From assembly GCA_018263335.1 (NCBI GenBank), contig JADFCY010000002.1:36249-100248 (forward strand): 64,000 nt of DNA, read 5' to 3'. Under the pieces are notes generated by a model. That model was not told the origin of the DNA. It saw only the letters and a list, made by a program, of their open reading frames with translations, and searched no databases. Both the position numbers and the translations under genes were made by a program. Source of the stretch: Methanolinea sp. (GTDB taxonomy: Archaea; Halobacteriota; Methanomicrobia; Methanomicrobiales; Methanospirillaceae). How positions within the stretch are numbered: position 1 is the stretch's first letter; each line of letters begins with the position of its first letter. Below are positions 9,939 through 20,580 of this stretch, in pieces.

Positions 9939-10538
9939 ATGCGAACTCACATCGGACCCCAGATAGTTCTTTTCACGTTCACAGTCCTCATTGTGGCCGC
10001 AGCAGGGTGCACGGTCCCCTCTCCCTCCACCACCACTCCTCCCGGCACCAATGCTGCGACCGGAGCCCATCAGACCGGCGACGCGGCGTTCCTCTCCCTC
10101 TACGGTACCGCGCAATCTGATATCGCGGGTGCGCTTGAACGGATGAACCGTCATTTCCCGGTTGGCGCCGCGACCAGGAATGCCCCTTACCTCGCGGGTG
10201 AGCTGCGATCCTCTGCGCTTGATCTGAAGGCAACTGCCGACGCATACCACACTTCCATGATCAAGATCGGGTCTTTCCAGGAGAAAGAGAAGGAGTATGC
10301 GAGAAATGAATACCTGAAATACCTCTCCTCGATACGGAAGGTCGCGGGAAACACGGCCGATGCCGCGGGAGCTGAAATGGACCTCCAGTTCGGCCTTGCA
10401 CAGAATTATGCCGAGGCTGCCCGGAATGCCCTGAAAGATGCCGAAGAGACAGGAGGGACCGGTCACAGGGACCTCCTGAGGGCGACCGGAATATCCCTTG
10501 ATGACTACATCCAGAAGATGCGGGAGAAGAGGGTGTGA
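9939..10538 (+). CDS. hypothetical lipoprotein
   Basis: Hydrophobic signal with AAAGC lipobox, Pro/Thr linker, helical body. Confidence 0.75.
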   Translation: MRTHIGPQIVLFTFTVLIVAAAGCTVPSPSTTTPPGTNAATGAHQTGDAAFLSLYGTAQSDIAGALERMNRHFPVGAATRNAPYLAGELRSSALDLKATADAYHTSMIKIGSFQEKEKEYARNEYLKYLSSIRKVAGNTADAAGAEMDLQFGLAQNYAEAARNALKDAEETGGTGHRDLLRATGISLDDYIQKMREKRV

Positions 10539-10587
10539 AGAGTGGTCCACCGGTGCAGTTGTCATGGCACAGGGTGAGTGAGCGCCG

Positions 10588-11520
10588 ATGATCCCTCCAC
10601 CGCGGATCCAGGCGGGTGAGCGATCCCAAGAAGAGCGCGGGAGGGGTGCTTCGAGACTGGGCACAGGGGCCATCTTCGCCCTGTTCCTTGTCCTCGCAGG
10701 TGTCCTGTCCGGATGCCTCACGCAGTCTCAGGGCCCCCGAACGGAAGAATCAGGAGGGAACTCCCCGCCGGTCACCCCCATCCCTTGCGGTGAGGATACG
10801 CTTGCCATCTCGGGGGTTACATGGGAACTCGTTGCCTACGACAGCGGGAGGCTCGCACAGGAGAGCATCATCCCTGGCAGCATCGTCACTGCCCGATTCG
10901 AGCGCGAGGGCATCGTGCATGGAAGTTCCGGCTGTAACCAGTACTGGGCGCCATACGAGGCTTCATCCGCCCGCCTCTCGATTGATGCCCCGCAAAGGAC
11001 GAATGCCATCTGCAATGCCCCGCCAGGAGTGCATTCCCAGGAATCGATGTACCTTGTCGATCTCGTGAAAGCGAGCACCTACAGGGTCGAGGGGGACTTT
11101 CTGTCCCTCTCCGACGCGAAAGGGAGGGCAGTCCTCCTCTTCAGGAAGGAGACCGTCCCGGAAGATGCCGCGTACATCTCGCGGGATACCTGGTACCTGA
11201 GGGCATCAAGGGACGATCGGGGGTCGATCGTCACGCTCCCAAACGGGGTTCTTGTGACCGCAAGGTTCCTTCATGGGAGAGTCTATGGTTTTTCGGGCTG
11301 CAACTGCTATGTTGCGCCGGCCCATGTCAGCGGCGCCGCTACCCGGATAGAAACCACCCTCGTGACCGATACGTGGTGCCGGAACGAGACCGTGATGGGA
11401 CACGAACGCCTCTTCTTTGGTCGAATGAAAGAGGTGGAGGCGTATGTGCCTGGCGATGATTCGCTCATCCTTGTGAACGGGAGGGGTGAGACACTCCTCG
11501 AGTTTTCTACACGCTCCTGA
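10588..11520 (+). CDS. tandem META (HslJ-like) domain lipoprotein
   Basis: LSGC lipobox; two repeats with W-x-L, TARF, GSSGCN/GFSGCN. Confidence 0.85.
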   Translation: MIPPPRIQAGERSQEERGRGASRLGTGAIFALFLVLAGVLSGCLTQSQGPRTEESGGNSPPVTPIPCGEDTLAISGVTWELVAYDSGRLAQESIIPGSIVTARFEREGIVHGSSGCNQYWAPYEASSARLSIDAPQRTNAICNAPPGVHSQESMYLVDLVKASTYRVEGDFLSLSDAKGRAVLLFRKETVPEDAAYISRDTWYLRASRDDRGSIVTLPNGVLVTARFLHGRVYGFSGCNCYVAPAHVSGAATRIETTLVTDTWCRNETVMGHERLFFGRMKEVEAYVPGDDSLILVNGRGETLLEFSTRS

Positions 11521-11859
11521 ACCAGGGGAACCAGGGGATACTCCCCCCTCTGCTGGCCCAGGGAAGGTCTCTTGTCCCCACGGTCTCACTATGTGGATTT
11601 CCCCCGCATTGCCTGCAAGAGTCCTGTATGAACCGTGACTAATTCCGATCGAGAGACTCCAAGGGATATTACGACCGGGAATCTTCCCATCTTATGCCTT
11701 GTACATCGCGCGGGGAACGATGAAATGCTGCCTCTTCACTTTTGAGCACGAGTGAACATTCCTGCCATGAGGATTCATCTGAATGGGATCGAAACTTCTC
11801 CCTGATCCCTGTTGAGAATATGAGAAGGCATGAGTGACACAGATGCTGCAGAAGACGGA

Positions 11860-11931
11860 TGCGCCGACCGGGACTCGAACCCGGGTTTAGGCGTTGGCAA
11901 CGCCTAGTGATAACCACTACACTATCGGCGC
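11860..11931 (-). tRNA. tRNA-Gly (GCC), no intron, CCA not encoded
   Basis: Minus strand GCGCCGATAGTGTAGTGGTTATCACTAGGCGTTGCCAACGCCTAAACCCGGGTTCGAGTCCCGGTCGGCGCA folds into a cloverleaf; anticodon loop TTGCCAA. Confidence 0.97.
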
Positions 11932-12212
11932 AATTTTTGCTCTACACAATATGAGGTAATCGCTAATAAGGGTATCGAATTCCCGGTAAAACAGGCATAT
12001 GCTGCCTCTCCCCACGCAGGATCGGCAAATTACAGTGGCATCTCTCCTTCGATGGAATACCATCCGGGCGGGTTTGAGATGGTCTCTGTTCCATCTGATG
12101 GGACCCCCACGTTCGGGGCAACGATGAATGCAATGCGAGGCGACCTCCCGAAGTACAATTTTCACCCCGATTCCAACATCTTAATTAAAAAAGACAGGGT
12201 AGATCTATAGCA

Positions 12213-12836
12213 ATGATCCCCCTCCTGGTGGATTTTTCCAAAAAGACCGTGGTGATCTTCGGAGGTGGTGAGGTAGGGGCCCGGAAAGCTGCATACTTTG
12301 CTCCCGAAGCGAAGGTGCGTGTCTACAGCAGATCGTTCTCCCCTGCATTCTCAGGGTTGGATGTCGATCAGGAGCACGTTGACCTTCATGGCGCCGGAGA
12401 CGAGCGCCTCCGCTCACTCCTTGAGGGAGCGTTTCTCGCGGTTGCGGCAACCCCTGATCGCGAGCTGAACAACCGTATCGGTGAGCTGTGCCAGGAAAGG
12501 GGAATCCTCTTCAATAATGCCGACGGAATTTCCGGTGACCTCCTGATCCCCTCTGTCGTGAAGGGGGAGCGGTTCCTGCTGGCGGTAAGCACCGGAGGAT
12601 CGAGCCCGGCGATCTCTCGTTTCCTCCGCGAGTTCCTTGAGAAGTCTCTTCCGGACCTCGACCGGATGGTCGCCCTCCAGGAGAGGCTTCGGTCATACTT
12701 AAAAGAGTGCCAGCCTGACGTGGAAGCAAGAAAGGATGTGCTGTGGAAAGTACTTATGGACAGAGACGTGTGGGTTGCCCTTCACGGGGGCGAGACCTAT
12801 GCCTGGTCCATTATTGCCCGGAGGTACCTGCAATGA
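12213..12836 (+). CDS. sirC: precorrin-2 dehydrogenase / sirohydrochlorin ferrochelatase (SirC/CysG N-terminal type)
   Basis: MIPLLVD, FGGGEVGARK, AVSTGGSSPA. Confidence 0.88.
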   Translation: MIPLLVDFSKKTVVIFGGGEVGARKAAYFAPEAKVRVYSRSFSPAFSGLDVDQEHVDLHGAGDERLRSLLEGAFLAVAATPDRELNNRIGELCQERGILFNNADGISGDLLIPSVVKGERFLLAVSTGGSSPAISRFLREFLEKSLPDLDRMVALQERLRSYLKECQPDVEARKDVLWKVLMDRDVWVALHGGETYAWSIIARRYLQ

Positions 12837-14116
12837 ACACGGCACCCTCCTGCCTCCTCACTCCTCTTGCCATCGCGGGTATCAGCCACCACACCGCAAC
12901 GGTAGACGTACTCGAGCAGGCGAGGTACCCTGATGAGCAGGCATTCCTGGAAAAAGCCCGTGACCGGTTCCGGGGGGTGATGCTCCTCCAGACCTGCAAC
13001 CGCGTGGAGATATTTGTCCATGGAGAAGCCGAGACGCTGGCCGCCTTTCTCCAGGAAGAAGGGCGGGGTGATTTTTCGATCCGCAGCGGGGTGGATGCCA
13101 TGCGCCACCTCCTCGAGCTTGCCTGCGGGATCGATTCGATGATCGTGGGGGAGGACCAGATCCTCGGCCAGCTCAAGAAGGCCCTCCAGCAGTCGAAGGA
13201 CGCGGGTTGCGCAAGCCCAGTGCTCGAGCTCTGCATCAACAAGGCGGTCCACGCAGGCATAGAGGCCAGGAGGCGGACGCAGATCAACAGGGGCGCCGTA
13301 TCGATCGGATCTGCCGCAGTGCTGCTTGCAGAAGAGCAGCTCGGCTCGCTCCAGGGAAAGCACATCCTCGTGATCGGGTCAGGGGAGATGGGCATGCTGG
13401 TTGCACAGGCACTTGCCGCAAAGGACCTCACTGCAATCTATGTCGCAAACAGGACCTATTCCCGGGCCGAGATCCTTGCAAAGAAGATAGGGGGCAGGGC
13501 GGTGAGGCTCGACGACCTCCCCCGCTACATGGTCCAGTCGGACGTGGTCATCTCCTGCACCTCTGCACCGCACCCGGTCATCCACTGCAATACCCTCCGA
13601 GACGTGATGAAGGCCCGCTGCTGGCCTCACGACAACACACCGAGGCCCCTCATCCTGATCGACATCGCGCAACCAAGGGACGTAGAGGAGGGTGCGGATG
13701 CGATCGCGGGGATCACCCTCTTCTCAATTGACAACCTCCGAAGGATCAACGAGATGACCATGCATGCCAGGAGGACGGAGGCCGAGAGGGCGAGGGCATT
13801 TCTGGATGGCGAACTGCTCCATTTTGTGAGGCTCCTCAACAGCAGGGCGGCTGACGATACCCTGGCCATCCTGCATACCTGGGCAGAGGCAATTCGCCTC
13901 AGGGAGCGGGACAGGGCGCTTGCAAGGCTCGGGGGAGGAGACATTCGGGCAAGGGAGATCATCGATGATCTCTCGAGGGTGCTCGTCAAGAAGATCCTCT
14001 CGGACGTGACAGTCTCAATCCGCCACTGCGCAGAGATGGGCGAACTCGAGTCAGCCGAATCGCTGGTATCCGCCATCACGAGAGGTGAGAATCTGTGTTT
14101 CCGCAACGAAGAATGA
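12833..14116 (+). CDS. hemA: glutamyl-tRNA reductase
   Basis: LQTCNRVE, GIDSMIVGEDQILGQ, IGSGEMG, DIAQPRD. Confidence 0.95.
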   Translation: MNTAPSCLLTPLAIAGISHHTATVDVLEQARYPDEQAFLEKARDRFRGVMLLQTCNRVEIFVHGEAETLAAFLQEEGRGDFSIRSGVDAMRHLLELACGIDSMIVGEDQILGQLKKALQQSKDAGCASPVLELCINKAVHAGIEARRRTQINRGAVSIGSAAVLLAEEQLGSLQGKHILVIGSGEMGMLVAQALAAKDLTAIYVANRTYSRAEILAKKIGGRAVRLDDLPRYMVQSDVVISCTSAPHPVIHCNTLRDVMKARCWPHDNTPRPLILIDIAQPRDVEEGADAIAGITLFSIDNLRRINEMTMHARRTEAERARAFLDGELLHFVRLLNSRAADDTLAILHTWAEAIRLRERDRALARLGGGDIRAREIIDDLSRVLVKKILSDVTVSIRHCAEMGELESAESLVSAITRGENLCFRNEE

Positions 14117-15078
14117 GAAGACTCAGGAAAAGAATCATACAGCCCCTCCTCCGGGACCAGGCGCTGCAGAAGACAGACCTCGTTGCCCCGCTGTTCATCG
14201 ACGAGACTGCGTCATCGAGGAGGGCAATTCCCTCCATGCCTGGACAGTTCCGTTACCCCCCACGCGAGGCAGAGTCAGTCGCGAGGGATCTCTGGGACGC
14301 AGGGATCAGGGCCGTTTTGCTCTTTGGAGTACCGAAGGAGAAGGATGCACAGGCATCCAGTGCGTACGATCCGGACGGCGTGGTTCAGCGTGCGGTCAGG
14401 TCGATAAAAAATTCGGTCCCGGAGATGGTGGTGATCACGGACGTCTGTGCCTGCGAGTATACAGACCATGGACACTGCGGCATCGTGGGCGACACCCGTT
14501 GTGGAATCGATCTCCTGAATGACCCCTCGCTCGACGTCATGGACCGCATCGCGTTGAGCCATGCAGGGAGCGGGGCGGATGTGGTCGCACCATCCTGCAT
14601 GCTCGACGGGGTGGTCCAGTCCATACGTCACGCCCTTGACAGGGAGGGGTTTGAAGATGTCCTGATAATGTCATATTCGACCAAGTTTGCGAGCGCGCTC
14701 TACGGGCCATTCAGGGAAGCGGCGGACTCGGGCTTCCAGTTCGCGGACCGGACCACCTACCAGGTCCATCCCGGAAACACCCGGGAAGCAGTCATGGAGT
14801 CGATGCTCGACCTGGACGAGGGGGCGGATATCCTTATGGTGAAACCTGCAGGGTTCTACCTTGACATCCTGGCAGAGATACGCACACTCGGCATTCCGGT
14901 CGCAGCATACCAGGTGAGCGGGGAGTATGCAATGATAAAAGCCGCCGCAGAGAAGGGATGGATAAAAGAGAAGGAGGTGGTGATAGAGAGCCTCACCTGC
15001 ATCAAGCGTGCCGGGGCGGATCTTCTCATCACATACTTTGCACGGGACGTTGCGGGATGGCTTGATGAAGAGCAGTGA
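14095..15078 (+). CDS. hemB: porphobilinogen synthase
   Basis: [38 protein letters not shown]. Confidence 0.96.
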   Translation: MFPQRRMRRLRKRIIQPLLRDQALQKTDLVAPLFIDETASSRRAIPSMPGQFRYPPREAESVARDLWDAGIRAVLLFGVPKEKDAQASSAYDPDGVVQRAVRSIKNSVPEMVVITDVCACEYTDHGHCGIVGDTRCGIDLLNDPSLDVMDRIALSHAGSGADVVAPSCMLDGVVQSIRHALDREGFEDVLIMSYSTKFASALYGPFREAADSGFQFADRTTYQVHPGNTREAVMESMLDLDEGADILMVKPAGFYLDILAEIRTLGIPVAAYQVSGEYAMIKAAAEKGWIKEKEVVIESLTCIKRAGADLLITYFARDVAGWLDEEQ

Positions 15079-16312
15079 ATTTTTCCAGGAGGCAAAGGCT
15101 CTGATGCCGGGAGGAGTAAGCAGCCCTGTCCGCGCGATCAGGCCCTACCCTTTCTACACACGCGAGGCTTCCGGATCGAGGATCACGACCGTGGACGCGG
15201 AGGAGCTGATTGACTGCTGCATGGGATACGGCCCACTGCTGCTCGGACATTCTCACCCGGCAATCCGGGCCGCCATAGAGGAACAGCTGAAAAAAGGGTG
15301 GCTTTTCGGGACTCCCACTCCCCTTGAGCCCGAGTACGCCTCCATTCTTGTCAGGGACCACCCCGGCCTCGACATGATACGGTTCGTCTCGAGCGGCTCC
15401 GAGGCCACGATGGCCGCGATCCGGCTGGCCCGGGGATTCTCCGGGAAGAACGAGATCGTAAAGGTAGAGGGAGGGTTCCACGGCGCCCATGATGGCGTGC
15501 TGGTTCAGGCCGGGTCCGGGGCCACGACGCTCGGCATCCCGGACTCGGCCGGTGTGCTCCCCGAAGTCGCCGCACGCACACGGCAGGTCCCCTACAACGA
15601 CCTGGACGCGCTCGAAGACCTCCTCACCCGGAGCAGGGACATCGCCGCATTCATCCTCGAGCCGGTGATGGGAAACATTGGCCCTATCCTGCCGGAGAAG
15701 GGATACCTTGCCGGGGTCCGCGAGATCACGAGGGCCCACGATGTCCTCCTCATCTTTGACGAAGTGATCACCGGGTACAGGGTGGGGATCGGGGGCGCAC
15801 AGGTCCGTTTTGGCGTCAGGCCTGACATCACGACCCTCGGGAAGGTCATCGGCGGGGGTCTTCCCATAGGCGCATTCGGGGGGAGGAGGGAGATCATGGA
15901 GATGGTCGCGCCCGCCGGACCGGTCTACAACGCAGGGACCTTCTCTGGTAACCCGCTCTCGCTTGCTGCAGGCAAGGCAACGATCGAATGGCTCCATGCA
16001 AACCAGGGGATCTACCGGACGCTCGAAGAGAAGACGGGAGTGATCGCCGAGGCCGTAGCCCCAACATGCTGCGGCACCATGGTCACTCTTGGGTCGATGT
16101 TCAAGTTCTTCTTCCGAAAAACCCCGCCGAGAGACTACGTCGAGGCAAAGGAGTGCGATACCGCCGCATTCCGGGATTTCTGGGAGAAGATGCTCGGCCA
16201 GGGGATATTCCTGCCGCCGTCACAGTTCGAGACCAACTTCCTCTCCGCGGCGCACAGCGACCGTGAGATCGACGCCATCTGCACGGCGTACAGGGCATGC
16301 CTCTCAAAATAG
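15065..16312 (+). CDS. hemL: glutamate-1-semialdehyde 2,1-aminomutase
   Basis: [33 protein letters not shown]. Confidence 0.96.
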   Translation: MKSSEFFQEAKALMPGGVSSPVRAIRPYPFYTREASGSRITTVDAEELIDCCMGYGPLLLGHSHPAIRAAIEEQLKKGWLFGTPTPLEPEYASILVRDHPGLDMIRFVSSGSEATMAAIRLARGFSGKNEIVKVEGGFHGAHDGVLVQAGSGATTLGIPDSAGVLPEVAARTRQVPYNDLDALEDLLTRSRDIAAFILEPVMGNIGPILPEKGYLAGVREITRAHDVLLIFDEVITGYRVGIGGAQVRFGVRPDITTLGKVIGGGLPIGAFGGRREIMEMVAPAGPVYNAGTFSGNPLSLAAGKATIEWLHANQGIYRTLEEKTGVIAEAVAPTCCGTMVTLGSMFKFFFRKTPPRDYVEAKECDTAAFRDFWEKMLGQGIFLPPSQFETNFLSAAHSDREIDAICTAYRACLSK

Positions 16313-17181
16313 GGACCAGGGGGAGTGCGCTTGCACTTGCCCAGGCAGACAGGGTCATCTCTCTCCTGGAAGATGCGGGAGTCGAATCAAAGAGAGTGAT
16401 CATCACCACCCACGGCGACACCGTGACGGGAGTCCCGCTGCACGAGATCGGGGGGCAGGGGGTCTTTGTCCGTGCACTTGACGACGCGATCCTCGAGGGG
16501 AGGATCGATGCAGCGGTGCACAGCATGAAGGATATCCCCGCGAAGAGGCCTCGGGGGCTCGTGACATGCGCGGTTCTCCCGCGGGACTCTCCCGCCGATT
16601 TCCTTGTGCACGCACAACAGTTCCAGAAGATCAGGAGTATAGGGACATCGAGTACAAGGAGGAAGGCCCAGCTCCTCATGCACCACCCTGACTGGAGAAT
16701 TGAGCCGCTCCGCGGGAACGTGGACACCCGCCTCAGGAAACTCCGGGAAGGAGCATACGATGGTGTTGTGCTGGCCGAGGCAGGTCTCCAGAGGCTTGGG
16801 CTCTGCGTCAAGGGAACGCGGCTTGCTCCAGAGATGTACATACCATCCCCGAACCAGGGAACGATTGCCGTCGTTGGCCGGGAGGGAGACGATGCTGCGC
16901 TGCTCGCGCACTTGCTGGACCACCCGGAAACCCGGAGGGACGTGACGTTCGAGCGGGTGGTGATGGAAGAGGTGGGAGGCGGGTGTTTCACCCCGCAGGG
17001 GGTGTATTGCAGGGCAGGGCATATCAGGGCAGAGATACTCTCGCTCGACGGGTGCAGGAGAGTGAGGAGGGAGGGATACCTCTCGTCGGCAGACGATGCC
17101 CGCGAGTTCGGGCAACTGCTCAGGAGAGATGCGTCTGGCCTGATACAGGAGGCATACATGAGACTGGGGCTGAAAGAATGA
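16297..17181 (+). CDS. hemC: hydroxymethylbilane synthase
   Basis: [34 protein letters not shown]. Confidence 0.96.
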   Translation: MPLKIGTRGSALALAQADRVISLLEDAGVESKRVIITTHGDTVTGVPLHEIGGQGVFVRALDDAILEGRIDAAVHSMKDIPAKRPRGLVTCAVLPRDSPADFLVHAQQFQKIRSIGTSSTRRKAQLLMHHPDWRIEPLRGNVDTRLRKLREGAYDGVVLAEAGLQRLGLCVKGTRLAPEMYIPSPNQGTIAVVGREGDDAALLAHLLDHPETRRDVTFERVVMEEVGGGCFTPQGVYCRAGHIRAEILSLDGCRRVRREGYLSSADDAREFGQLLRRDASGLIQEAYMRLGLKE

Positions 17182-17930
17182 CGGGAAAGGTATACCTTGT
17201 GGGTTCAGGCCCGGGGGGACTTGGGCTCCTCACCCTCCGGGCACGCGAAGTCATAGACCAGGCGGACGTAATCCTCTACGACCAGCTCCCCGGAGAAGAG
17301 GTCCTGGCAACCCTCCCGGAGAGGGCCGAGAAGATCGACTGCGGGAAGTTTGGAGGGAAGCACACCCTCGAGCAGGACGATATCGAGGCCCTGATGGTCG
17401 CTAAGGCAAGAGAAGGGAAGAAGGTCGTGCGGTTGAAGGGCGGCGACCCCTTCCTGTTCGGGAGGGGCGGCGAGGAGCTCGAGGTGATGAGAGAGCACGG
17501 GATCCCGGTCGAGCTCGTCTCAGGGGTCACGAGCGCCCTCGCGGTCCCTGGCGCGGTGGGAATCCCGCTCACCCACCGGAAATATGCCTCGCAGGTGACC
17601 ATCCTCACCGGCCACGAGGAGCCGGGGAAGGCTGAGTCCGGCCTCGACTGGGAGAACCTCGCGGGGAACCCGGGCACGCTTGTCATCCTGATGGGGGTGA
17701 AGAACATCCCCGATATCACACGGAGCCTCGTCGATCATGGCAAGAACCCCGATACGCCTGTTGCCATCATCGAGCGGGGCCTTCGCCCCGACCAGCGGGT
17801 GACCGTCGGCACGCTCCGGACGATCGCGGACATTGCGAAGTCGCGGAATGTACGGCCCCCGGCGATCATCGTCATTGGGGACGTGGTCCGGCTCTACAGG
17901 GAAGACGATCCAGGGCTCGTCCCGCTGTGA
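17178..17930 (+). CDS. cobA: uroporphyrinogen-III C-methyltransferase
   Basis: VYLVGSGPG, VVRLKGGDPFLFGRGGEE, GIPLTHR. Confidence 0.95.
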   Translation: MTGKVYLVGSGPGGLGLLTLRAREVIDQADVILYDQLPGEEVLATLPERAEKIDCGKFGGKHTLEQDDIEALMVAKAREGKKVVRLKGGDPFLFGRGGEELEVMREHGIPVELVSGVTSALAVPGAVGIPLTHRKYASQVTILTGHEEPGKAESGLDWENLAGNPGTLVILMGVKNIPDITRSLVDHGKNPDTPVAIIERGLRPDQRVTVGTLRTIADIAKSRNVRPPAIIVIGDVVRLYREDDPGLVPL

Positions 17931-17939
17931 GAGGACCTA

Positions 17940-17948
17940 TTTTTTTTG
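17940..17948 (+). terminator. oligo-T archaeal terminator after cobA
   Basis: Run of about 9 T shortly after the stop codon. Confidence 0.55.
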
Positions 17949-18413
17949 CTTCCTCGCTGTTGTATCCAGGGAGATTGAGTCGAGTGTGTTATCTCGCACA
18001 CCTATTCAGTTACTCCAAATGCCGCCGTTTCTTCCCATAAGTCGTGTCAAAACCGGTCAACGTGTACATGATGATCCATTGGTGACCGAAATGTCGCCGC
18101 GGATCGAGGGCGGTAGCCCCGCGGCATGTTCGCGGGCGGCGTGGGGAATCGCATTTGGGGGTGTGGGACCGGACGGCCCCCTTAAAATGTATCCGGTTCG
18201 TCAATCCTGTCCGTATCAGATAACGAAGAACCTTCCATTTTCTTTTGCAAAAGGAGTTCTGGCCATCCTCTGGTCCCATCCAAGGATAAAGGAAGGACAA
18301 TATGGATCGGGGCAGGTGCCCAAAGGATTAACAGTGTGAAGGGGGGACGGTCCGTATCGATACAAAGTCATGAGAAATCATCCAGATGAATATTGCAATA
18401 TATGGTGACCCAC

Positions 18414-18987
18414 ATGAATCTAAAATGGAGAATAATATCCTGCATCTGCCTGGTGATTGTGGTCTGTTTGCCGATGGTGTCGGCCGCGATACAGGTCCCG
18501 ACCACAAAATATCCGTTCAACAGGCCATCATTGGACCTGTGAAAAACGGCACAGGTTGCCCAATATACGCTTAAAAATATAGAATTATATCATGAGCTGC
18601 CCGATATTCAGGTATACGATTCCCAAAGACTCATCCGGAAGCCGGACTTTTCCGCTGTCACTATTGACCCCGCAATGCCCGGGACTACGAAAAGCGTCTT
18701 TGAGGGGTGGAGAATCCCCAGGTCCATACCATATTCCGAAATATACATCGCGAGAGAACACGCAACCGCGATTGCACTGGCACGATTCCCCGGTATTGAA
18801 CTCACGGAACCTATCAGGGCAACCCTGGAACGAATTGGTGCCCCTGCATTTCCGCTTGCAACAAACCCATGCTTGGGTAGTTGGAATTGCTGGCCTTGAT
18901 CCAGAAGTTTGGGGCACATCTTATGGGGGAATTGTCTTCATTGATGCGCTCACAGGAGAGGTTTTATATACGTTTTTCCTCATGTAA
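18414..18987 (+). pseudogene. disrupted exported PepSY-like protein
   Basis: Signal peptide MNLKWRIISCICLVIVVCLPMVSA; in-frame TGA at 18540-18542; same frame continues (AREHATAIALARFPG); extra T at about 18873; removing it gives PCWVVGIAG..GGIVFIDALTGEVL; poly-T follows the stop. Confidence 0.7.
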
Positions 18988-19185
18988 ATCCTTTTTTTTT
19001 TGGCACAATAGTCCTCGTTGACATCCACTCATGATGATCCTCCGGATTGGTGGTTTGTAAAAAATTATCGGTTCATTTGAATACCAAGTGGAGTGTCGGA
19101 CTTGGAATCAATTCTCTTCCCATGTTCTGAGTACCCGGTATATGCACCACAAAAAATTCAAATAACTAAGTGTATACAAATTATT

Positions 19186-19413
19186 ATGTCTACAAATTCA
19201 GTTTACAGCATCCGGATCGACTCCCGGGTCCGGAAGATGATTGACGAACTGGACGATCCCTCCTGGCAGGATGAGGTCCGTGCCTTCATCGAGCGCCTGG
19301 CCCGGGAGAAAAGGAAAGCCCAGCTCCTTGAAAGGGCGCGGAAACTGCACAAGGAGATGGAGGAGGGCTTGCCTGCCGCCGGGATCATCCGGGAGGACCG
19401 TGATGCACGATAG
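19186..19413 (+). CDS. vapB: type II antitoxin (VapB-like, probable ribbon-helix-helix)
   Basis: N-terminal strand VYSIRID, 75 aa, C-terminal IIREDRDAR, overlaps the PIN gene. Confidence 0.8.
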   Translation: MSTNSVYSIRIDSRVRKMIDELDDPSWQDEVRAFIERLAREKRKAQLLERARKLHKEMEEGLPAAGIIREDRDAR

Positions 19414-19816
19414 CGTGGTGCTGGATTCGAGTATCATCGCGGCCATCTTTTTCCCGGAAAAAATATCCATGAACGCAATCGAAGTCGCAGAAGGTAACGA
19501 TTGCACCACCGTTGATCTTGCATATGCAGAGGTAGCGAATGTCGCCTGGAAACGGGCAAGCCAATCCGAAATCTCTATAGAAGATATAAAAACGGCGTTG
19601 ACGGAGAGCCAGGCATTCATTCGGGAGACCTGCCGGGTTATCCCTGCACACGACCTTGTGGCTGAAGCGTTCGACATGGCGTGTTCCTCCCGGATCACAA
19701 TCTACGATGCCCTTTTTCTTGCAGCGGCAGCCAGATGTGGTTTTCCTCTCGTGACCGCTGACTCGAGACTCTATTCCGCTGTCAGAAAGAATTTCTCAAT
19801 CCGGTTGATCCGGTGA
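19403..19816 (+). CDS. vapC: PIN-domain toxin
   Basis: VVLDSS, AEVANVAWK, TIYDALF, LVTADSRL. Confidence 0.9.
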   Translation: MHDSVVLDSSIIAAIFFPEKISMNAIEVAEGNDCTTVDLAYAEVANVAWKRASQSEISIEDIKTALTESQAFIRETCRVIPAHDLVAEAFDMACSSRITIYDALFLAAAARCGFPLVTADSRLYSAVRKNFSIRLIR

Positions 19817-20046
19817 ATCGGAAGGGCCGAAATACCCTTTCACACAGGAATGAGACTTCCGCCTCCCAATTTTTTCACACAATGTTGCATTATTGCCATC
19901 CAACACCTGCGAATATCCCTGGGTATCCTTATCGCAGGGGGCTGCAAGTCCGCTGTTACGTTCCAATCCGGCCTTCAATACCCTTCATTTTTAAAAAATA
20001 CAAGCATTAATACTCCTCGAGGACGCATCAGGTAGGTGATTGTGAA

Positions 20047-20580
20047 ATGAGCCTTCCCGGCGGACCCACGAAGGACGAGGTGATGGCAGTCTCGCTCTTC
20101 AAGCTCGGCCTTCGTCCCGGAGACCGGTTCATGGATATCGGCTGCGGGACGGGAAAGGTCTCGATCCATGCCGCACGGCAGGCTGGGAGCGTGTGCGCTA
20201 TCGACATCAGGAGAGAAGCCATAGAGTATGCCCGAAACGAGGCAAAGCGTGCGGGCGTGGAGAACATCGAGTTTGTAGAAGGGAACGCGGTTGACCTCAT
20301 CCCCGCGCTCCCCCGGCCCGACGCGGCATTCCTGGGCGGTTCACGCGACATGGGCCGCATCCTTCACCTGCTTGCCGGCATGGACGTCCGGTCCATCGTC
20401 ATCAACGCGGTGAAGATCGAGACCATAAATACTGCCATCACCGTAATGCGGGACCTTGGGGTATTTCGCGAGGCAGTCCTGGTGCAGGTCTCGCACGCGA
20501 GCCCACTTGGTGCCGGCCACATGTGGAAACCGGCCCACCCGGTCGCCGTTATCGTCGGGGGTGCTGCAGGATGCTCGTAG
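20047..20580 (+). CDS. cbiT: cobalt-precorrin-6B C15-methyltransferase (decarboxylating)
   Basis: GGPTKDEV, DIGCGTG, FLGGS. Confidence 0.9.
   Translation: MSLPGGPTKDEVMAVSLFKLGLRPGDRFMDIGCGTGKVSIHAARQAGSVCAIDIRREAIEYARNEAKRAGVENIEFVEGNAVDLIPALPRPDAAFLGGSRDMGRILHLLAGMDVRSIVINAVKIETINTAITVMRDLGVFREAVLVQVSHASPLGAGHMWKPAHPVAVIVGGAAGCS

Noticed and set aside
11521..11538. ACCAGGGGA tandem repeat as a CRISPR or repeat element
   Set aside because: Only two 9-bp copies; no spacers or cas genes in the window
7992..11931. Genomic island integrated at tRNA-Gly
   Set aside because: No integrase, no duplicated tRNA 3' end noticed, and no obvious composition shift
18540..18542. In-frame TGA as a selenocysteine codon
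   Set aside because: A second lesion (frameshift) lies in the same gene, the context is not a redox motif, no SECIS was recognised, and Methanomicrobiales are not known Sec users
19817..20046. Cobalamin riboswitch upstream of cbiT
   Set aside because: AT-rich promoter-like DNA with no B12-box consensus
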